This document shows, piece by piece, positions 8,071 through 13,892 of a stretch of DNA of 41,644 nt. How positions within the stretch are numbered: position 1 is the stretch's first letter; each line of letters opens with the position of its first letter. A program made the position numbers and the translations under genes. The notes beneath the pieces are model-generated. The model saw only the letters and a list, made by a program, of their open reading frames with translations. It did not search any database and was not told the DNA's origin. Source of the stretch: a virus; the IMG/VR virus record IMGVR_UViG_3300011432_000014; one strand, written 5' to 3'.

Positions 8071-8962
8071 AGTAAACTGTTTTTATGTTGTTTAAGTATT
8101 CTCTGCAAGCATTAACAACTAATGGTATGCGAGATATATATTCTTCATCCCTTAAGATAGGAATTTCAATTATTCTTCTGTCAAGTGGAATGTCAGAATA
8201 GGTCATGTTCTTTTCTATTTCAGCAAATGCTTCTTCAAGGTCACTTTCGCTGCCTGTAAAAGAATAAGCAAATGCTTTCTTTTCATTCTCAATTAACTTT
8301 GCCGGTGTATCAACTAACGTATAAACCACTTTAGATTTCGGCATCTCCCATAACTTCATGTAGCCCTGCATGTTTGGAAAATAAGGGTTCGAGTTTGGAT
8401 TCTTAAGAAACTTCACGTTCCGATAAAAAGTCCAAATATCCCAAGAGCTCTTGTTATCAAAAATAGTTATACCTCGTTTGAAATCAATCTCTCCCATAAT
8501 ATAGCCATCGTCTTTACGCTCAATAGACTTTTCAGGCAACCAACCCTTAACGATACCATAAGAAATCATGCCAGTATCTTCAGTCATTATACCTTTCTGA
8601 ATATACTTGTTTTTAATATCTTTAGTTGCTCTACCAAATTCGTGCGCTATCCATACGTCCATCAAGTGAGTCATACACCCCTCTGAAAGTTCAACTTTAT
8701 TTACATTCTTTTTGAGGGCATCGGCTGTATCTTTTTGTAAATGATACAGGTCAAGAGCATTAGCTGCTTGGTCTGCTTTCTTTTCTGCAGTCGCTGTGTC
8801 TTTATTCTTAATTGCATCATACTCGTTTTTGTATTTCTGATATTTTCCAAACGTAAGCAATGATTTCTCTTTAGTATCTTCATATAAATCTTTTGCAAAA
8901 ACTGCTGCAGGCATGATATGCTTCAGAGAACTCACTCTGAATAAATGGTTACTGTAATCCAT
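8051..8962 (-). CDS. Putative PD-(D/E)XK-type recombination exonuclease
   Basis: GYIMGEIDF...ITIFDNKSS resembles the D...(D/E)xK core; lies next to an annealase-like gene. Confidence 0.4.
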   Translation of the reverse strand: MDYSNHLFRVSSLKHIMPAAVFAKDLYEDTKEKSLLTFGKYQKYKNEYDAIKNKDTATAEKKADQAANALDLYHLQKDTADALKKNVNKVELSEGCMTHLMDVWIAHEFGRATKDIKNKYIQKGIMTEDTGMISYGIVKGWLPEKSIERKDDGYIMGEIDFKRGITIFDNKSSWDIWTFYRNVKFLKNPNSNPYFPNMQGYMKLWEMPKSKVVYTLVDTPAKLIENEKKAFAYSFTGSESDLEEAFAEIEKNMTYSDIPLDRRIIEIPILRDEEYISRIPLVVNACREYLNNIKTVYYEMEKE

Positions 8963-9227
8963 CTCGTCTAATGTCGTTTAAAATTTGTAAAAAGGTTAAG
9001 GATACAAGTACTACTTCTTCAACTGTTTCGCACTCTTTAATATAGTTTCTCAATAATTCATTTTCTATTTTTCCGTATTCATTAGGGTCTTTTCTGTATG
9101 ATAGCATTTCTTCATAAATTGCAGAGTTAATAGCATTACGCTCTGCTAATTCGTTGCATCTATCTACTGAAATCCCTAATAATTCATGAAACTGTTTTGC
9201 TCTTATATCAGCTATTTTTAGTTCCAT
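8949..9227 (-). CDS. Hypothetical protein
   Basis: 92-aa ORF between the annealase-like and exonuclease-like genes. Confidence 0.6.
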   Translation of the reverse strand: MELKIADIRAKQFHELLGISVDRCNELAERNAINSAIYEEMLSYRKDPNEYGKIENELLRNYIKECETVEEVVLVSLTFLQILNDIRRDGLQ

Positions 9228-10095
9228 CTGCTTTTGCTTTTAACTTTCCATAGCACTCATCATAACAAGTCCTATGTTCAGTGGTTTTTAAAGAGGTTTT
9301 GAAAGATTCAAGTTGCTGAAGTGTTTCACACCTTTGTAAAGTCAAAACCAATCTGTCTTCTTGAACTGGTTTAGTTTCAATTTGTTTACCTTTGAATACT
9401 ATATCAGCAGAAGTGTCACCTTCTTTGATAGCCGTATCAATACCTGCAAGTGCAATCAAATCATCTTTTGTAATATGCTCGATAGATGATTTACCGATTG
9501 CATTAAGAACTTCTTTTTCTGTAATTCCATACCTGTCCTTTAATGTTTGAACAGTTTTGTTTCGTTGAGCAATTAGCTTATCTTCTGTGCTTACGTCACC
9601 TATGATTCTCTTTTGAGCTGCTGCATAAACTTGGTCAACAAGTGCTTTAGGTATTACAGCGAAAATTGCATTTCTTAGTGCTATTGCGTTTGCAGCGTTG
9701 CCTGTAACTCCTATCATATCGTCGTTATACCTACCACTACTTCCCCAAATAGACCTTTTAACCTGAACTTTAACAGATACGTTTGTCTCAATATCGAAGG
9801 CAACTGCTTCGCTCGTCAACGTCCTGTTATCTATTTCAATTACACGAGTCCCTGCTCTGAAATTGCCATAGAATTGCATAATAATCTTAGCTAAATTAAC
9901 TGAAGGTCCACTTATCTTTTTAGACCCTCTTGGTACTGTGTAGACACAACTCTCAGCTATGTCTTGTGAACGAACAACAGTAGCTATGCAATTGTCAATC
10001 GCTTTGCTTAAATTGCGAGGGTAAGCCTTCGCTGTTGCAATTTGAGAGTCAATAAGTGCTTTTTCGCCTTCGTACACTTGAAGTGTTTCGCTCAT
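9208..10095 (-). CDS. Putative single-strand annealing recombinase (RecT/Red-beta-like by context)
   Basis: 295 aa; ISGPSVNLAKIIMQFYGNFRAG...AANAIALRNAIFAVIPKAL; position upstream of the exonuclease-like gene. Confidence 0.4.
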   Translation of the reverse strand: MSETLQVYEGEKALIDSQIATAKAYPRNLSKAIDNCIATVVRSQDIAESCVYTVPRGSKKISGPSVNLAKIIMQFYGNFRAGTRVIEIDNRTLTSEAVAFDIETNVSVKVQVKRSIWGSSGRYNDDMIGVTGNAANAIALRNAIFAVIPKALVDQVYAAAQKRIIGDVSTEDKLIAQRNKTVQTLKDRYGITEKEVLNAIGKSSIEHITKDDLIALAGIDTAIKEGDTSADIVFKGKQIETKPVQEDRLVLTLQRCETLQQLESFKTSLKTTEHRTCYDECYGKLKAKADGTKNS

Positions 10096-10112
10096 TTGTT
10101 TTTAAAATTTAG

Positions 10113-10171
10113 AAGAAGCGCAGGACTCGAACCCACATGAGGTATTTGAATTCTCATTACCATAACTTCTT
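10113..10171 (-). other. tRNA-like fragment (acceptor-like stem plus canonical T-arm, no D-arm or proper anticodon arm)
   Basis: Minus strand AAGAAGT...GTGGG-TTCGAGT-CCTGC-GCTTCTT; only 59 nt, no 17-nt anticodon arm could be drawn. Confidence 0.3.
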
Positions 10172-10209
10172 ACCACCGACCTCAATCCTTCGGCGAAGTT
10201 CGCAATGAA

Positions 10210-10554
10210 CTATATTTCAATAAATTCTACATCTTTTATTTCTTTGAAATCTGCTTTCACAAATGTCTTGGAAATTATAATCATCTCTGGACGTTTTACA
10301 GATAAAGTTTTTCTTCCGTATTGCATCCTAACTATCAAATTTTCAGATGCCATTATGTTTTTCAATCTTGGCAAATCAAGAACAGATAGACCTTCGTAAA
10401 CTAAAACGCAATTATCTTTCTCGTCATAGTCATTGTCGCCCATAAGAGAAAGATTGTCGCCCCAGATAACCTTTTTACCTTTGGTCATTTCGGCAATCTT
10501 ATTAGTCATTTTTTTATTAGTTGCTTTTCCGAGAATTACTGTTACCTTGTTCAT
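10210..10554 (-). CDS. Hypothetical protein (start uncertain: 10554 or 10509)
   Basis: MNKVTVILGKATNKK...; the track start at 10599 would overlap the upstream gene by 83 nt. Confidence 0.55.
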   Translation of the reverse strand: MNKVTVILGKATNKKMTNKIAEMTKGKKVIWGDNLSLMGDNDYDEKDNCVLVYEGLSVLDLPRLKNIMASENLIVRMQYGRKTLSVKRPEMIIISKTFVKADFKEIKDVEFIEI

Positions 10555-10768
10555 ACTGTTCTGCTTTTTGTTCAATCTGAATTTCTTTACTAAAAACATC
10601 TAATGCGCAACCCAAGTAAACATCACAATCATTAAGCTCGTCAACAATTGCAGAATTACCTTCAGTTTCCAAAGCATTTGCTATTTTCTGAATATCATTC
10701 CTCAATATTACAAGTCTAACTATCAATGCTTTAATTTCTGTTTTCATACTGTTTTGCTTTTTCTTCAA
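10517..10768 (-). CDS. Hypothetical protein
   Basis: 83-aa ORF (alternative start MKTEIK at 10747). Confidence 0.55.
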   Translation of the reverse strand: MKKKQNSMKTEIKALIVRLVILRNDIQKIANALETEGNSAIVDELNDCDVYLGCALDVFSKEIQIEQKAEQYEQGNSNSRKSN

Positions 10769-10949
10769 TTGATTCTTTAGTGATACCTGTAATCAACGCA
10801 ATTTTTTCATAAGTAGATTTAGCAACCTTGATAACACCATTATCTGGTACTCCTTCAAATAACCTAACCAAACTCACTAATGCTAATTGAATTGCTCCGA
10901 TTTCCATTTCGTTGAACGAATGTTCTGCGATAAGTTTTTTACTTGGCAT
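10731..10949 (-). CDS. Hypothetical protein
   Basis: 72-aa ORF in the gene array. Confidence 0.6.
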   Translation of the reverse strand: MPSKKLIAEHSFNEMEIGAIQLALVSLVRLFEGVPDNGVIKVAKSTYEKIALITGITKESIEEKAKQYENRN

Positions 10950-11109
10950 TGCTATTATTTTCTAAAGTTTTAAAAAAAGCTTGAGTTAATACTTCGGCAG
11001 CTTCTGCAAATTGCTCTGCTTCATAAGCAGACATTCCAAATACAGATTGTCTACCTGTAACTAATGCTGTCATAAATCTTAAAAATACTTCTTCGTGAGT
11101 AATATTCAT
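10939..11109 (-). CDS. Small hypothetical protein (56 aa, below the track cutoff)
   Basis: Hand translation MNITHEEVFLRFMTALVTGRQSVFGMSAYEAEQFAEAAEVLTQAFFKTLENNSNAK; ATGA overlap with the upstream stop (11106-11109); its stop overlaps the next ATG (10949). Confidence 0.5.
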   Translation of the reverse strand: MNITHEEVFLRFMTALVTGRQSVFGMSAYEAEQFAEAAEVLTQAFFKTLENNSNAK

Positions 11110-11309
11110 ATAGGTTGTTTTTTCTTTAAAAGTTCTATTATATAATTAGCTAATTTAGTTCTACCATAAAAACAATTATCGCAATAACATCTGTAATTAG
11201 GATGCTGCATTACCTCTTTATGAAGTTTTATCTCATCTTTATCAAAAACACAATCTGGATTTCTTTCATCATAACAGCAAAGATTAGACAAAATTTCTTC
11301 TCTGGTCAT
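11106..11309 (-). CDS. Cys-rich small protein (possible zinc binding)
   Basis: CCYDERNPDC...YRCYCDNCFYGR. Confidence 0.6.
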   Translation of the reverse strand: MTREEILSNLCCYDERNPDCVFDKDEIKLHKEVMQHPNYRCYCDNCFYGRTKLANYIIELLKKKQPI

Positions 11310-11311
11310 GG

Positions 11312-11575
11312 TTATTTTTCTTTTTGTGGTAAATAAAAAGTTCTTATATTGTGGTCAACTATCTGCTCAACCAATTTAGCAAACTTGCTCCATTTGATAT
11401 TTTTGTTTACGTCCTCGAGACTCACGTTATTGATAACTATATCATATACAGGCGAACCACCTACAAAAGTTACAACTGTTGCCTTGACATTAATATACAA
11501 ATTAGTTTTTTTGCCATCTTTTGTGCAAGTCGAAGGCACGTTTATTAAAGATTCAAATGTGTGATGCTGTCTCAT
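11312..11575 (-). CDS. Hypothetical protein
   Basis: 87-aa ORF; its last codons (LPQKEK) form a perfect plus-strand copy of the conserved motif. Confidence 0.6.
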   Translation of the reverse strand: MRQHHTFESLINVPSTCTKDGKKTNLYINVKATVVTFVGGSPVYDIVINNVSLEDVNKNIKWSKFAKLVEQIVDHNIRTFYLPQKEK

Positions 11576-11792
11576 CTTTTTGTTTATTTAATTGCTTGAA
11601 GTATGTTTCTGTGAGTAGCGCTGCCAATTTTGCGCAAGCAAGGAAATCATCTGGATGATTAAAGTCACCCATTCTGGAAGAAACAAAAGCGCACATGAAA
11701 TCCTTTAACACTATTTCTTCTTTTAGGAAGCCGTATTGAGGTTTCATTCCTTCCTCTATAATTGGGTATGCACTATCTTTTAGATTTGTCAT
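11553..11792 (-). CDS. Hypothetical protein
   Basis: 79-aa ORF. Confidence 0.6.
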   Translation of the reverse strand: MTNLKDSAYPIIEEGMKPQYGFLKEEIVLKDFMCAFVSSRMGDFNHPDDFLACAKLAALLTETYFKQLNKQKDETASHI

Positions 11793-11997
11793 ATAATTTT
11801 GTTTTTAAGCGTCTTTCACCTATTGTAGCAATACAATCAAAACATTGTTCTTCACAAGGAAATTTTTCTGGATTCAACTCTCTGTCAGCTTGTTCTGTTT
11901 CTAATGTGCCGCTTTTAAAATGATGATTGAACCTTTCATTCCAGTAATCAATAGAAAAATCTCCGCCGGTAAGTCTCTTACAGTAAAAGTGTGTCAT
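11773..11997 (-). CDS. Hypothetical protein
   Basis: 74-aa ORF, first gene after the 12.0-kb terminator. Confidence 0.6.
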   Translation of the reverse strand: MTHFYCKRLTGGDFSIDYWNERFNHHFKSGTLETEQADRELNPEKFPCEEQCFDCIATIGERRLKTKLYDKSKR

Positions 11998-12010
11998 ATT
12001 TTCAATTTTT

Positions 12011-12042
12011 AAAAAAAGGGAGAGGAGTAGAAAAACCTCTCC
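12011..12042 (-). terminator. Rho-independent terminator
   Basis: Minus strand GGAGAGG-TTTTTCTACT-CCTCTCC-C-TTTTTTT, 40 nt after the beta-barrel gene stop. Confidence 0.85.
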
Positions 12043-12081
12043 GAAGATTAATCCGTATAACCCTCGTACAAACGAGAAAAA

Positions 12082-12495
12082 TTACAATATACATTTTAAT
12101 CCTATACCAACTAACAAAGTTTTGTCTATATAATTAGTACTTAAATAAACATAATTATTTAAAACGAACTTTACAGATGCACCACCTACGAAACCGTTTA
12201 AACTTTTCTTATCTGTTGAAATCAATTTATAATTCAAAGCGAGTGCAGGTTCAACACTTACAAAATCTAAATCAATTGCGTAACCTGCTCCTAATCCGAA
12301 ATACGCTGCATCAGTTCTGTTCATCTGAGCTAATATCGAACCTTCGGTAAAAAATTTGTTTAACTGATAGCCGCCTTTCATAGCGACATACCAAGTACTT
12401 TTTGACGACCAACCAAGTTCTGGTGCAATGTAACCTTGACTAAATCCGGCAATTTTCAAAAGGATTAAGGTTGCTGACAATATTATCTTCTTCAT
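12082..12495 (-). CDS. Secreted small beta-barrel outer-membrane-protein-like protein (moron)
   Basis: Signal peptide MKKIILSATLILLKIAGFSQG; alternating hydrophobic/aromatic beta-strand pattern (GLGAGYAIDL, ALALNYKL, GGASVKFVL, YLSTNYI). Confidence 0.6.
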   Translation of the reverse strand: MKKIILSATLILLKIAGFSQGYIAPELGWSSKSTWYVAMKGGYQLNKFFTEGSILAQMNRTDAAYFGLGAGYAIDLDFVSVEPALALNYKLISTDKKSLNGFVGGASVKFVLNNYVYLSTNYIDKTLLVGIGLKCIL

Positions 12496-12845
12496 TCAAT
12501 TTCCTTTAAATTTGATAAGATTGCATTGCCATAAATAAAGTTTTCTTCATTTCCAGGTAAACGATGTACTGCAACACCTTGTTCCTCAAGCTCTTTCAAA
12601 TTTGCTTCAATTACTTCCTGTGGTAAACAAATTTTCTGATAGGCGATTGTAGCTTTCTCGTTTTTTATTCTATCTGGTTTCAATGCACCTTCCTCGTCTA
12701 CAATCATATACTCACGATTTGAAAGTGAAACCAATTGAACATACTCGCAACCGATTAACTCGTGCATTTCTTCGAAGGTGAAATGAACTCCATCTTTTGG
12801 AGTTATATCTAATATCTCACCGTTTGTTTTAATTAACTTTGCCAT
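12492..12845 (-). CDS. Hypothetical protein, DUF3846-like
   Basis: MAKLIKTNGEILDITPKDG...ELIGCEYVQLV...MIVDEEGALKPDRIKN resembles the DUF3846 pattern from memory. Confidence 0.4.
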   Translation of the reverse strand: MAKLIKTNGEILDITPKDGVHFTFEEMHELIGCEYVQLVSLSNREYMIVDEEGALKPDRIKNEKATIAYQKICLPQEVIEANLKELEEQGVAVHRLPGNEENFIYGNAILSNLKEIE

Positions 12846-12855
12846 TGTTTGTTTT

Positions 12856-13050
12856 TTAAGATGTTACAAGTTTCTGGTGTTGTTTACCAGATAATACATA
12901 TATAATGTTTTCAATTGCCTCTTCGTAAGTTACTTGCTTAAGTTCGTATTTCAGTATTTGAATCTGAACTTCAATATTCAAAGACATACCGTCTTGAATG
13001 CACCGTTCCGCAATTGCCTTGTATTGTTTATACTCGTGTAGCCAAATCAT
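12856..13050 (-). CDS. Hypothetical protein
   Basis: 64-aa ORF, first gene after the 13.05-13.32 kb control region. Confidence 0.55.
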   Translation of the reverse strand: MIWLHEYKQYKAIAERCIQDGMSLNIEVQIQILKYELKQVTYEEAIENIIYVLSGKQHQKLVTS

Positions 13051-13082
13051 AATTATCAGAATTGAATGACAAATATACTTAA

Positions 13083-13130
13083 GTTAATGTTAAAAAAATG
13101 TTAACGAAACGTTTTTAACATCCATTTAAC
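13083..13130. promoter_or_regulatory. GTTAA/TTAAC core cluster upstream of the 13050 cassette
   Basis: GTTAA at 13083, 13089 and 13100; TTAAC at 13101, 13115 and 13126 (two 11-bp steps). Confidence 0.5.
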
Positions 13131-13320
13131 TTATCATATTTTTTTATAATATATTGTTAAAATTTTTGCAATAAACAACGCAAACTATCGTCGGCTTGCC
13201 ACGAGAATTGACAAGTATTCGATTTTACATACGTTTGTGGGCAATAATACGGCAAAAATTACCATGCCGCAAAACGTCGCAAAATCGTTCTTATTACGAA
13301 GCTCTTCGTATATACTAACT

Positions 13321-13354
13321 AAAAAAGAGAGCCACAGATAAAAATCTCGGCTCT
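13321..13354 (-). terminator. Rho-independent terminator closing the late operon
   Basis: Minus strand AGAGCC-GAGATTTTTATCTGT-GGCTCT-C-TTTTTT. Confidence 0.8.
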
Positions 13355-13386
13355 GTTTAATCGAAGAATCCGTCAACATTAACACA

Positions 13387-13659
13387 TCATTTTTTAAGAA
13401 TGAACAAAGTTGTTACACCAACGACAAAAATTGCAGCAACGGCTAACCAATGTCCTCTGATAATAGGCGGCGGTGATTCCAGTTTCGAGTACGCTTTTTT
13501 ATACCGCACCGTATCTCTATGAGAACTATCACCACTTGCTCGTACACTTACGCTGTCAATAGTTGTAAGTGTCCGTTCATTCTCAAATATAGTTTTACAA
13601 GAAACAGCCAAAGCAGCCATTCCCACAAAAAGAAAAACTACCATTAATTTTTTCATCAC
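13387..13659 (-). CDS. Candidate unimolecular spanin (N-terminal lipoprotein-like signal plus C-terminal TM anchor)
   Basis: MMKKLMVVFLFVGMAALAVSC (signal with Cys21) and C-terminal WLAVAAIFVVGVTTLFILKK. Confidence 0.5.
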   Translation of the reverse strand: MMKKLMVVFLFVGMAALAVSCKTIFENERTLTTIDSVSVRASGDSSHRDTVRYKKAYSKLESPPPIIRGHWLAVAAIFVVGVTTLFILKK

Positions 13660-13892
13660 TCGACTGTTACAATATCTTTTACGAGTATTCCATTTTCTTT
13701 CGGTTTTTCAGGCTCTGGGATTGGTTGTGTTAGTTCTATTACTGCTGCTGCTATTTGCGCTGATTCTAACAGTTCAAAAGCACCTCGACGATTTGCTACC
13801 TGTACAGCGTCTATAAGTATCTGTATAGGATTTTTCTTTTCTTCTGGCATATATTTGATTTTTGGTTTAATAATTAGATTAGATTTACCCAT
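13656..13892 (-). CDS. Hypothetical protein (alternative start at 13850, MPEEKK)
   Basis: 78-aa ORF; ATGA overlap with the spanin-like gene. Confidence 0.55.
   Translation of the reverse strand: MGKSNLIIKPKIKYMPEEKKNPIQILIDAVQVANRRGAFELLESAQIAAAVIELTQPIPEPEKPKENGILVKDIVTVE

Noticed and set aside
10113-10171. A bona fide tRNA gene
   Set aside because: Only the T-arm and an acceptor-like pairing can be drawn. At 59 nt it is too short and lacks a D-arm and a 7-nt anticodon loop. It is kept only as a tRNA-like fragment.
13185-13385. 66-aa minus-strand ORF in the late/early boundary gap
   Set aside because: It spans the late-operon terminator hairpin, has an implausible sequence and sits in a region better explained as regulatory DNA.
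13623-13637. Perfect TTTTTCTTTTTGTGG 15-mer inside the spanin-like gene, read as a promoter
   Set aside because: It encodes the hydrophobic core of the signal peptide (VVFLFVG), and no gene start follows apart from an in-frame internal ATG. It is probably a coincidence of Phe/Leu/Val codons, and is noted only in the motif list.
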